Shown here piece after piece: positions 50,639-62,322 of a DNA stretch of 64,000 bases (position 1 is the stretch's first letter; each line of letters starts with the position of its first letter). The notes beneath the pieces were generated by a model. It did no database searches. It was not told where the DNA came from and saw only the letters and a program-made list of their open reading frames with translations. This DNA comes from Octopus sinensis (lineage: Eukaryota): assembly GCF_006345805.1 (NCBI RefSeq), contig NC_043005.1:102548001-102612000 (forward strand), in the 5' to 3' direction. The position numbers were made by a program, and so were the translations under genes.

Positions 50639-50705
<67 letters not shown>

Positions 50706-50706
<1 letters not shown>

Positions 50707-50829
50707 GGCCTGCTCGCTTAGCCAGCGGGGTGGCGTCACTTGAAGGCTAAAAAACAATGCGAAGCGCATTGTGACCAGCGATGTGTAGCAACATCAGATA
50801 GCCTGGTCGGTCACGGTGATCACGTGATA
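50706..50829 (+). mobile_element. Interspersed repeat (SINE/LINE 3'-tail-like)
   Basis: Reverse complement of 28139-28260. Confidence 0.7.
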
Positions 50830-50839
50830 TATGTATGTA

Positions 50840-51040
50840 TAGGGAGAGTTTACGAATACAACAAAAGACGAAGTCAGGTGGGGTACAAAACAAACAGATG
50901 TATTAGTATAACGCTCAGGAATAGAAAAAGTCTTTTACGTTTCGAGCCTACGCTCTCCTACAGAAAGGGACACAGAGAAAACCAGGAGAGCAACAAGGAG
51001 AGAAAAGATGTGTGTAGTGGCTAACGATCTAACATAGCGA
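50840..51040 (-). mobile_element. Family 1 PLE-terminal-like element with decayed hammerhead-like motif (50931-50968)
   Basis: Homologous to 6604-6814 and 32534-32744; the core reads CTGTAGG. Confidence 0.7.
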
Positions 51041-51044
51041 CTGA

Positions 51045-51078
<34 letters not shown>

Positions 51079-51285
51079 ACATGCAAAAACTGTACGTGAA
51101 TGGCGAATGTTAAATCCATTATTCTTCACCATCATTCCACGCCTTTCATTATTGACTCATATTCATGCACACGCGCATACCGACTCATGGACACACACAC
51201 ATACACACACTCTGACACCATACGCACAGATATATGCAAATATGCATGAGTATACTTATGCGCTTACGTATGTATGATTGTAGGT

Positions 51286-51290
51286 ATACA

Positions 51291-51322
<32 letters not shown>

Positions 51323-51562
51323 CATACATACATACATAATACATACATACATACATACATACATACATACATACATACATACATACATACATACATACAT
51401 ACATACATACATACATACATACATACATACATACATACATACATACATACATACATACAGACATACATACATACATACATACATACATACATACATACAT
51501 ACATACATACATACATACATACATACATACATACATAATACATACATACATACATACATACA

Positions 51563-51593
<31 letters not shown>

Positions 51594-51697
51594 CATACAT
51601 ACATACATACATACATACATACATACATACATACATACATACATACATACATACATACATACATACATACATACATACATACATACATACATACATA
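51286..51697. repeat. About 410-bp nearly pure (TACA)n
   Basis: Direct inspection; few interruptions. Confidence 0.97.
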
Positions 51698-51863
51698 GAA
51701 GGATAGATATAAATACATAGATGGATGGATAATAGATAAATAGATAGATATAAGGTGGGGAGGAGTACTGTTTATTAAAATGCTAAAATATGCGCATGCA
51801 TACTTCTGTGCTCAGTATGTGTGCACATGACTATACACTCTGTATAGAACGTGTAAGACTCAG

Positions 51864-52261
51864 TCTTTTCTACTCTAGGTACAAGGCTCGAAATTTTTGG
51901 AAAGAGGACCAGTCGATGAAGTCGATCCCAGTACCGATTCGGGTACTTATTTTATCCTTCCCGAAAGGAGGAAAGGCAAAATCGACCTAGACGGAGTTTG
52001 AACTTAGAACGTAAAGACAGACGAAATACCTATTTCTTTACTACCCACAAGGAGCTAAACACAGAGAGGATAAACAAGGACAGACAAACGGATTAAGTCG
52101 ATTATATCAACCCCAGAGCTTAACTGGTAATTATTTAATCGACCACGAAAGGATAAAAGGCAAAGCACCTAGGCGGAATTTGAACTTGGAACGTAATGGC
52201 AGACGAAATACCGCTAAGCATTTGGCCCGGGGTGCTAACGTTTCTGCCAGCTCGCTGCTTA
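51864..52261 (-). mobile_element. Dimeric SINE family B with 13-bp TSD around the whole dimer
   Basis: GTGTAAGACT(C/G)AG at 51851-51863 and 52262-52274. The internal junction CAGACGAAATACC|TATTTCTTTACTACCC is the same as at 3823-3851. Confidence 0.9.
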
Positions 52262-52308
52262 GTGTAAGACTGAGGGTATGATATGTATATGTTTAACTAT
52301 GTAAGAAC

Positions 52309-52397
<89 letters not shown>

Positions 52398-52736
52398 TCA
52401 ATGTGTATTTAATCTGTGGACAACTAATCTGAAACGTCCGCCGTGCTATACACGATTGTCGAATTGCTATAATATTTAGTGGAACGTTGTCAAATAAGAA
52501 GCAAATAAATTACATATATATAAGTATATATATATATTATGTATATATATGTGTATATATATATATATATAATATATATATATACGTATAACATATATAT
52601 TATATATATATATATATATTATATATATATAATATATGTGATACGTATAATTATATATAGAGAGACAGATAGGTAGAGAGATAGATATGGGTGTGCGCGC
52701 GCTAATATACATACATACCTACATATATATGCAGCT

Positions 52737-52771
<35 letters not shown>

Positions 52772-52877
52772 AAGGGAGAGAGAAAGAAAGGAAGAGAGAT
52801 TTCAGTCCCCATTTCTCTCTCTGGAATATGAGACACAATAATCCACATATAAAAACCGTATAAATTTACACTAACTG

Positions 52878-53085
52878 TACATACATACATGCATACATAT
52901 ATACATTCATACATACATGCATACATACATGCATACATACATACATACATACATACATACATACATACATACATTCATACATACATGCATACATACATGC
53001 ATACATACATGCATACATACATACATACATACATACATACATACATACATACATACATACATACATACATACATACGTACATACT
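52878..53085. repeat. (CATA)n/(CATG) microsatellite
   Basis: Direct inspection. Confidence 0.9.
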
Positions 53086-53791
53086 GACATGTGTACATAT
53101 AGATAGAGTCTCAGGCACACATAAGGACTCTCACGCACATATATCTAAAGGTACATTTAATCACACATATACAGATATATATATATGATAAAATATGCAT
53201 ACATTCATGCATATATATATGTATATATATATATAAGTGTGTGTGTGTATGTGTGCGTGTGAATGTGTGTATACGTACACACACACAAAGACATATATGT
53301 AGATAAACCAGTGGTGTATATGTATACCATAAGAGGATTACAAAGACTGAATGACGGGCAGAGAATGAAGATTATGAAATATCCGTTGTCAAAGTTCAGT
53401 AGAATCTACGGCTTATGTAGTTAATACGGCTTTCATTGTTGTATACTAAACAAACAGCTAGGCAGGATGTCATGAATTAATGTCACACTCGGACGACTGG
53501 TGTCGGACACGAACGTCGATTTATTACACCATGCGAACGGGTAATTTTTTCGCAAGGAGTTTCTCTTTCCCAGATATTGGGTTTCGAAATTGAGCAGGGA
53601 TTTTATTTCATGTATTACGTATTTATGCGGCTGATGGTCCTTTGTAAATCAGTTTTATCCTAGATCTTGAATATGTATCTATGGTTCTTATTCTGATCGG
53701 ACAAGGAATGTTTCTGTCTTCCCCGCAGCTTAGATCGTTCAGTATACGAAAAAGTGAACCAAGAAAATTCCTATTTCAATGATGGTATATA

Positions 53792-53792
53792 C

Positions 53793-53878
<86 letters not shown>

Positions 53879-53897
53879 CTCTCTATCTATCTATCTT

Positions 53898-53933
<36 letters not shown>

Positions 53934-53985
53934 ACTATCTATATATTTATGTATCTATCTATCTATCTGTCTATCTATTTATCTA
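53792..53985. repeat. (TCTA)n microsatellite
   Basis: Direct inspection. Confidence 0.9.
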
Positions 53986-54329
53986 TGTCTTGCGATGGCG
54001 CATCTCTTTTCTGTTTTTGGTGGAGTAATCCACCTTCAGCTCTTAGTTCCAGTTTACTTCATAACCACTTAGAATGTAAATGGAACGAATATGGGTATTA
54101 ATATAACAGAAGATTATGACCAATACAATCAGAATCTGAAGGTGAAGTGTATAAATCACCCCTTGTGACATACTTAAAACTTCGCAAGGGGCACAATTAA
54201 AAAAAAATCTACTTTCTAAAATGTTGTTCTAAAATAATCGGCTATTAATTTTGCACCAACCGTGTATATATATATATATATTATATATATATATATATAT
54301 AGATATATATATATATATATATATATAAT

Positions 54330-54379
<50 letters not shown>

Positions 54380-54506
54380 ATATATATATAATAATGGATA
54401 TATGTATGCATATATTGAATAATAAGGGTAGAAATTGATATTAAACAATTAAAACCAGTGGCTTAGCATATTTCAAATATCCGAAGATTAAAAGTTGTGT
54501 TACATA

Positions 54507-54651
54507 CAAAATTAAGACGAATGACCACGAAAGTGGTCACCTAATATACTAAACGTAGACGCCATTACCACGAAGAGTGTGTTCTCAAGAAAAATATCAG
54601 CATGCTTAGCATATTAGGTGTCCACTTTAGTGGACATTCCTCTCAATTTTG
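54507..54651. repeat. 46-bp imperfect inverted repeat, each arm containing its own 16-bp hairpin
   Basis: Arms 54507-54552 and 54606-54651; GACCAC-GAAA-GTGGTC and GTCCAC-TTTA-GTGGAC. Confidence 0.75.
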
Positions 54652-54764
54652 TATATATATATATCAGCATGACCACAGCTTTAGGGTAGAAACGTATAAA
54701 AGAATGAAACAATATATCTATATCAATACGTACACACACACACACACTCACAAGCGTATATATG

Positions 54765-54804
<40 letters not shown>

Positions 54805-55183
54805 CTACATGTGTATGTATACACACATGCATACACACACACACTTATATATACAAAGAAATTGGGAGAGAGAGAGAGAGAGAGAGGAGGAGAGAGAGAG
54901 AGAGAGGAGTAGACAGATATTTGAACGTATAAATATTTTATAAACTTTCAAGTGAAAGTGATATTATTCATATTTTGAACATTGTCTCTTGAGGCACATC
55001 ACATATACATAATAGCATGTAAATAATGGATTAAAAAACTGTGTTGAATAATAAAAAAACTCTGTTCCAAATGATTTTTTTTCGGGCTAATATTTACATG
55101 CTCTTTTTCATACTTTTTTTTAGATGCCTCAAGAGCCAATATTTCCATATTTATCCCCCACCACAAACACACAAATATATATC

Positions 55184-55243
<60 letters not shown>

Positions 55244-55249
55244 ATATGT

Positions 55250-55464
55250 ATGGAGTGGCGCAGGCGCGCCTGATTGGTATGTAGCTTCTTTCCCCACCAT
55301 ATGGCTCTAGGTTCTGTCCTACTACGTAGCTCTTTGGGCAAATGTCCCCTACTATAACTTCGGGATGATTGAGACTTCTGGGTGGATTTCGTAGACGGAA
55401 ATTGACGGAAACGTGTACTATGTATATATATACACGCACGCACACATACACACACGCACGCACG

Positions 55465-55517
<53 letters not shown>

Positions 55518-55752
55518 ACACATATATATTTAAGTGTGTTCCTCTGTGTTTGTCTTTGTCCCTCCATCACTGTTTGATCGCCGATGCTGGTGTGTTTACA
55601 TCCCCGTAATCTAACGGTACGGCAAAAGAGACCGATATCATAAGTATTATGTTTAAAAGCAAATAAGTCCTGGGCTGGTTACTTTGACTAAAAACCGTGT
55701 AAGATTCTGCCCTAGGATGGCTGCAGCCAAGTAACGTAAACATGTAGAAGGA
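55250..55752 (+). mobile_element. SINE family A, old diverged copy with internal (CA)n
   Basis: Head, CORE-like TTTGGGCAAATGTC and tail GATGCTGGTGTGTTTACATCCCCGTAA are recognisable. Confidence 0.7.
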
Positions 55753-56024
55753 TACATGGATATATATATATATATATATATGTATGGTTACGTAGATAAT
55801 ACCAGAGATGTTAGGTTTAACTATCGTATTATTGAGCATTTTCTAAGTCCGCACAATTTCTGCCTATCTACTACTGAAATGACAAAAACAAAAAAAAAAA
55901 ATATTTTACCCCTTTAAATCAAATGTCACACCTACAATCACACAATTACGCATACATGTATAACGTAGATACATGAATCTATATATCATCTATCTATATA
56001 TCTATATATCTATCTGTCTATCTT

Positions 56025-56064
<40 letters not shown>

Positions 56065-56299
56065 CCTGTCAGTCTGTCTATTAATCATCCGCCAGTCTAT
56101 GTGTATGTCTGTGTGTAGTTCTGCCGAAACAAGACGTGGTTTTTCCTGATGATGTCTTGAGCTAACTGGAGCTGTTTTGGTAGCAGAACACGGAACACGG
56201 TTGAAATTCCTCATTCCAAGAGCTTTGAACTTTTTTTGGAAGCGGCAGTTTTAAGTGTCGTAGATAATGGTAACTGCAGTATATTGTGTCAAAACATGT

Positions 56300-56925
56300 G
56301 TCTAATGAAGCTAACAGTCAACTTTTGTTAGTCAAGGTTGATGGAGACATCTGTAACAGCGCTTTGAACACACCTTTCGAAACATTGCTTCTGCACAGCA
56401 GACTTCTTTGCAGAATACAGTCGAGATATAAAGACAGTTTGGAAGCGTGCTGTGCAATAAAATTTTCTGTTCAACCGGGCAAAACCGCTACTGAAAAATA
56501 TTAAATGCTCAAGACTACTTATGGAGTAACTTGTATGACTCGAGCGTCTATTTTCATTAGTACATGATTCCGGGCAAAGCAATTCAAGAGCGTCAAATAC
56601 ATTCACTGGCTTCCTTCTATCCAAACGCTCAAAGAAGTGTAATTTTTGGAAGTTTTGGCAGAGAAGAGCATGAAATGTTTCCCCTATCTTAGGCCATTGC
56701 TTGCTTTAACTTTTGAATCTTGAAGGAGATGAAAGAGACTGTATCAGGTATAGTGGACACTTTCTCTTCGGAGAACTTCTATGGAGCCTTCAAGAAGTGG
56801 CTGGAGCATGTCAACAAGTGCACTGAAAACAGGGGTCCTACTATGAACGAGATTAAAGTTTTGTGCTACCTCGAAATAATTGCCTTTCCTGAAAAGTCTT
56901 AAAGTTTCTAGAATCCCTCACGCAC
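56300..56925 (+). mobile_element. Internally deleted mariner, decayed
   Basis: N-terminal AIKFSVQPGKTATEKY*MLKTTYG..CMTRASIF and C-terminal FYGAFKKWLEHVNKC..NRG, typical of mariner transposase ends. Confidence 0.7.
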
Positions 56926-56958
56926 ACACACACACAGACACACACACACACACAGACA

Positions 56959-57029
<71 letters not shown>

Positions 57030-57038
57030 TATTTGTCT

Positions 57039-57101
57039 TAATAACTGATGAGATGCCGGAGCGTACTTCATCCCCGTTATCTGAAACTCTGAGTTTTATT
57101 A
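57039..57101 (+). ncRNA. Type I hammerhead ribozyme-like motif, most complete in the window
   Basis: TAATAA-CTGATGA-GATG..(stem II)..TATC-T-GAAAC-TCTGA-GT-T-TTATTA: 6-bp stem I, canonical core, 3-bp stem III, one extra U before G12. Confidence 0.65.
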
Positions 57102-57200
57102 TGACAACCAACTAATATTATATTTATAGATAAATTTCTCTATTTTACATAATATCGAGGTCTCATTCATTTTTTGTTGTGTTATTAATATATATATATA

Positions 57201-57663
57201 TTTCGAAAATGCAACATTGAACAAAGGCTATCCTAATATTTGAATGAAACCATTTCACTTTAATTTGTGGAACCAATTGTTCCTGTATGATAAAACTTAT
57301 TATTTATTCAACTGTCAATCAATGAGATATTAGACAAAATCAATTGAAGATCAGACAACAGACTCAGTAGTTGTCAATTTGTATTCTATCATTTGTAAAT
57401 TCAACACAAGAAAGTCTCTTTTTCAAGTATGGACTGTATTAAACACACACACACGCACACACACACACACACAGTTCTACACATATGTTTTGATTTTTGG
57501 AAAATACAACATTGAACAAAGGATATTCTAATATTTGAATGAAACAATTTCACTTTAATTTCTTGAACCAGTTGCTCCTGAATGATAAAACTTAATATTT
57601 ATTTTTAATCAGTGAGATATTAGACTAAATCAAATGAAAATCAGACAGCAGACTCAGTAGTTG

Positions 57664-57666
<3 letters not shown>
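57201..57666. repeat. About 175-bp imperfect direct repeat (57201-57376 and 57494-57666)
   Basis: Both copies run from GAAAAT.CAACATTGAACAAAGG to GACTCAGTAGTTGTCA. Confidence 0.85.
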
Positions 57667-57705
<39 letters not shown>

Positions 57706-57869
57706 CCTATTATATACATTATATTATTTTTGTAACTTACTTAATCTTTACCTTTTAATTGTCATTTTAATTTTAACTTTTCTATGATATGTAATTTTCT
57801 AAATTGTGTAATTTAATTATTCATTTTGAATTGATAAAAGGTGATTTTTTCTAATATTTTATATATGTG

Positions 57870-57906
<37 letters not shown>

Positions 57907-58678
57907 GTATAAATATCAACACACTTATTTCTCCTTCCTCCTTTTTTTTCCTCTTCTCCTTTCTTCCCTTCTCCAAACTCACAGACACCCACACACACAC
58001 GCACACACACACACACACGCACGCACACAGACACACACACACCTCCACAAAACAATCATAAAAAGAATTCTTTTTCTCTAAACCCCAAAAACATTTGACC
58101 ATCTCTCATTAAACACACACACAGTCTCTCACAATGATAAAAAGAAATATAATTTATGGTCTACCTCCCTGCCACCACACACTCAATTACACTATGAAAT
58201 GGTCAAAACTGAAATTCTTTTCCCCCAAGATCTTAGACCCCCCCCCCTTGGTGCAAGCATGCTGTCCAGCAGAGCAAAAAAGTTCTTTTCTTCTTCTTGC
58301 CTCTCCCTTTCCCTCTTTTTCTTTAGCACACAGTCCAAATACAAAAACACACACACATACGCACGCACACACACGCACACTCTTGCTCTCTCTCTCACTT
58401 TCTCCTCATCCATCATCCTCTTGTACTGTCTTATATTCCTCCCCACCACTACAAACTCAATACCACTATAAATTGGTGAAACCTTTTTACACAGGAACTT
58501 AGTTTGATTTGAAAACCCCACTAGAATAAGAAAAAGCGCTAATATATGATCTAAGTTATATGATGTGTAAATATACAAATAAATATCTGTAAATATCTGT
58601 AAATATAAGCCATCCGATTTTCTGAGTACTTCATTTCTTCTAATATAAAATACCTGTACATCATCTCCAAACCTTCCA

Positions 58679-58726
<48 letters not shown>

Positions 58727-59051
58727 TCACACTCATACATACAGGCATACATACATACGTACGTACGTACATACATACATAGATATGTGTGTATGTGTAT
58801 ATAAAGTACCAGTGAATTGGATGTTTAACACACCCCTTTGAAAGTTTTTTTCCCTCAGTTTTCTTTATATAAATAGATATGTATGCATCGGATCATCCCA
58901 TATATAATGCGGTCTTTTCAATTGAGGGGGACGAGAAAATCAACCAGCATTAATTGCTATTGAAGAAAGTAGTAGATGTACATTGATTTCTTCTTAGTGC
59001 AAGTTTTGAAGCGTGCGGTTCGATTTAAACAGTTATTTTTTCGAAGCTATA

Positions 59052-59690
59052 ATGGAAGTGACAAAGGAGCACATCAGCATATTTTGCTTTATGAGTTCAA
59101 TAAAGACAACAACGAACGGAAATAATATCACGAACAGAACGTACGAGGACTATTAATGTAGGATATGGGGATCGGACAATGAGAATAAGCCAGCTTCAAT
59201 GTGGTTCCAGAAATTCCGAGTCGGAAACTACAGACTAGAAACAAGACTCGTCCTGGAAGGTCTGTAGAGCTCTACCAGGACGTCTTGCAATCCCTGGTGG
59301 AACAAAATCCCTTCGTAAGAGTTGAGGAACTAGCAGAGAAGCTTGGAATTGGTCATTTAATCATTCATCGACACCTGTACTAGAAGAAAAGCGACCGTCT
59401 TCGGTTTCAAGACGAAAGCTTTTCTTCAAACAGAATAATGCTCGATCACATACAAGGAGGATGACATTCCAAAGGCTGACCTGTTTGAATAGGAAACGAT
59501 GCCCCGGCCCCCATATTCACCGGACATTGCCTCATCTGATTATCATTATTTCGCAGTCTTCAAAATCATTTGAACGGAAAAATATGAATTCTGTAGACAA
59601 GGTCAGAACAGTACTGGAAGAGTATTTTTCGTCACGGATAAGTGAATTTTGGAAGAGGGGCCTTGCAACTCTGCCAGATAGATGGAAAAT
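59052..59690 (+). mobile_element. Internally deleted mariner transposase pseudogene
   Basis: ATG at 59052 (MEVTKEH), HTH region like 21961-22200, then QNNARSH and PYSPDIASSDYHYF motifs. Confidence 0.88.
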
Positions 59691-59811
59691 CATTATCTCT
59701 CTCTCTCTCTATCTATCTATATATTTCTCTATCTCCATCTATTTCACTATCCCTCTAACTCGTTCTCTCTCTCTCTATTTTATATATATATATATATATA
59801 TAATATATATA

Positions 59812-59859
<48 letters not shown>

Positions 59860-59863
<4 letters not shown>

Positions 59864-60864
59864 AGGGACCTCAAACGAAACTTGCTATGGAATCCCACCT
59901 GCCGTCGCTCAACTCGAACTCGGGATCCCAACAAGTCGAGCGACGACGATTGACCAGGCCCGATCGGAGAATGTTCGCCACGGAACTCAGAGAGGAGAGA
60001 GACAACAACAACAGCAGCAGCAAAAAGGTACACAGAGGCAATCGGCCTACATTTAACGACAGTTTATAATACTTTATAATTGTTACAACATCAAATACAT
60101 ATCAGATACATCAAAGAGGAAATACATGCAAGTAACAACACATCAAATGCAATAACAACAGCATTTCAAGAAAACAACAAATCAATACAGGTATACAACA
60201 GATCACAGCATTCGGGTACAATAACGGTTCAGATTGATGCAATAACAGTCCGGAGACAAGAGTTCTGTTTCAAATCCCATTAACGTTACAGTTCAAATCC
60301 CATTAAAGACATATATGTTCAATGTTCATTAAAGACTACAACAGAGCCTTTCTTTTTCTCTCTTTCTTTTACATAGGTAACACAACTCAATAATCAACAC
60401 ATCAACAAGTCCTTTACTCACTTCTGTAACAGTTCGTTATAGTCTCTTTACATAATTCACATATCAACACATACAATTAACACATACCGTTACATCAGCC
60501 AATGCCTCACATTGTATTCCATCTCCATTAGCTGCCTAATCCTCTGTATATCTCTCTCTGTCACAGCAGAACAAACCATTACTAACTCGCTGTACAATCC
60601 AACTGCCAACTGCTTGCCTTGAATCCCAAATCCTGACAGTCCGCCTTGATTCCCAAATGCCGACTGTCTTTCACAGCTCAAACTTCCTCCCTTTTAAGGG
60701 GTGTTTACAGCGAACTCTCCCTGACCGGCACAAGGCCAAATGTCCCCTAAAAGCTCATTACTCTTTCTAAAACAAAGGACTATAACTTTGCATTGTAGAC
60801 TTTCAGTCTCCAAGCCAAGCAAAGTATGTCAAGAAGTACTGTACCAGCTGAACTATTCACAACA
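59860..60864. mobile_element. Probable solo LTR (1005 bp) inserted in (TA)n
   Basis: Termini TGTT...AACA, ATAT on both sides, no coding capacity, and composition distinct from the flanks. Confidence 0.55.
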
Positions 60865-60929
60865 ATATATATATAAAGACGTTTTCCGATTCAAAATTTT
60901 AGTTCATCACAAAACCTCGCTAAGCTAAG

Positions 60930-62261
60930 TATTTATTTATATTTAAGATCTTTAAATTTTAATATTTTATAAGTCTTATGGTGTAATAATATTGTTTTTT
61001 TATGTAAATATCGTTGTTTATGTAATGGTCTAATTATCGTAATTTTCTATATAATTATTAGATATTAGCCTTAAGTTTATTCGTAAGAATTTACTTAGCG
61101 ATAGATATGTTTGATAGCAAGTATACAAGTTGTTAAAGTTAGTTTTATGTATATACATGTATTAATAGCATTAATTATAGTTTTAAATTTCTTATAATTA
61201 TTATTTTAACTTATCTATTGTCTTTTTAAATTGATATTTGCTAGATTTATTATTCCCATTGATAAATATATTTTTAGTCTTTATTTATAGTATTTATTGG
61301 ATACTATATAACTACGAATTGATTATTTCTTTAAGTATTTTAAATATAAGATTTCTGAAAGTTATTATTTAACTAACGAGATATAAAGGTAGTTAATTTG
61401 CTATTGCGTTCGTTTAAGATTGTTTGTTTGTATGTTTGTAATTAGCTATTTCATCTTTAGATATGAAAAATGAATTTATTAGGTCTTTATTATATGTGCA
61501 TATATATTTATTTATAGAGATTATTTTAGATCTTAATTATAATATTTATATACATATATATTTTTTCATTGATAATCTATATATTATTTAAATTTTATAT
61601 TTTTAATAATATAATAGTTTTTTTGCAAAATATTTATGTAATTAGATATTGACTATTACTGATATTAGATTATTGGTGGGTTTCTTACCTTAAAAATTAA
61701 AACTTAAAACTTAAAAATTAAAATTAATATTTAGCATTATAATTGATGTTTTGATATAATCATAATCGTTAAGTTTCTAGTTTGATAATAGAGTTTTTAT
61801 AAGTAAAATTATATTATTTATTTCTTAAAAATATTGTTTAAATATTTCTGATTACTTATTAAAATATTACAATTAACCTGAAGATTGACTGTAACCATAA
61901 TTCGAATTATTATTGTTATTCGAATTGGTTATGGGCATGAAACGATCGTAGTCTTTTTACTTATTATCTTATATTAAACGTTTAATACTTTTTGATAGTT
62001 ATATAATTTACAAAAAAATAAATAAATAAATAAAAAATTAAAACAAAATAAATAAATAAATAAAATAAAATAATAATAAATATATATATATATATATTTA
62101 AAACTTATAAGTTTAAATTATTTAAATAATTTTTAAAATTTTAACTTTAATTTAAATATTTTAATTTGGAAGTTTATATTTTTTAATTAATTTTATTTCT
62201 ATGTATTGGATTATCATTTTCACTGTTTGATTTGCCTAATAGTTGTTTTATCTCTAATTTA

Positions 62262-62270
<9 letters not shown>
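60930..62270 (-). mobile_element. Extremely AT-rich decayed PLE-like relic
   Basis: A stop-riddled minus frame contains FINGNNKSSKY..KTNFNNLYT, weakly like PLE reverse transcriptase. It carries a hammerhead at 61873-61953, and its end (about 62190-62270) is shared with about 36158-36235. Confidence 0.4.
61873..61953 (+). ncRNA. Hammerhead-like motif with long stem II and palindromic GATC loop
   Basis: AC-CTGAAGA-...TAACCA-TA-ATTCGAAT-(10 nt)-ATTCGAAT-TGGTTA-TGGGCAT-GAAAC-GATC-GT-A-GT; stem I is reduced to 2 bp. Confidence 0.55.

Positions 62271-62322
<52 letters not shown>

Noticed and set aside
51185-51698. Several 120-150 aa ORFs (MYVC.., HTYI..)
   Set aside because: Translations of the (TACA)n microsatellite. 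The same applies to the YIYI, CVCV and HTHT ORFs throughout the track.
58192-58776. Longest ORF in the track (194 aa)
   Set aside because: Built from (TA)n, (TG)n and (GA)n segments, with no domain motif.
60930-62250. Mitochondrial insertion (NUMT) suggested by AT richness and skew
   Set aside because: No mitochondrial ORF, rRNA or tRNA recognised, and a hammerhead plus a shared repeat end favour a PLE relic. A BLAST against mtDNA would settle it.
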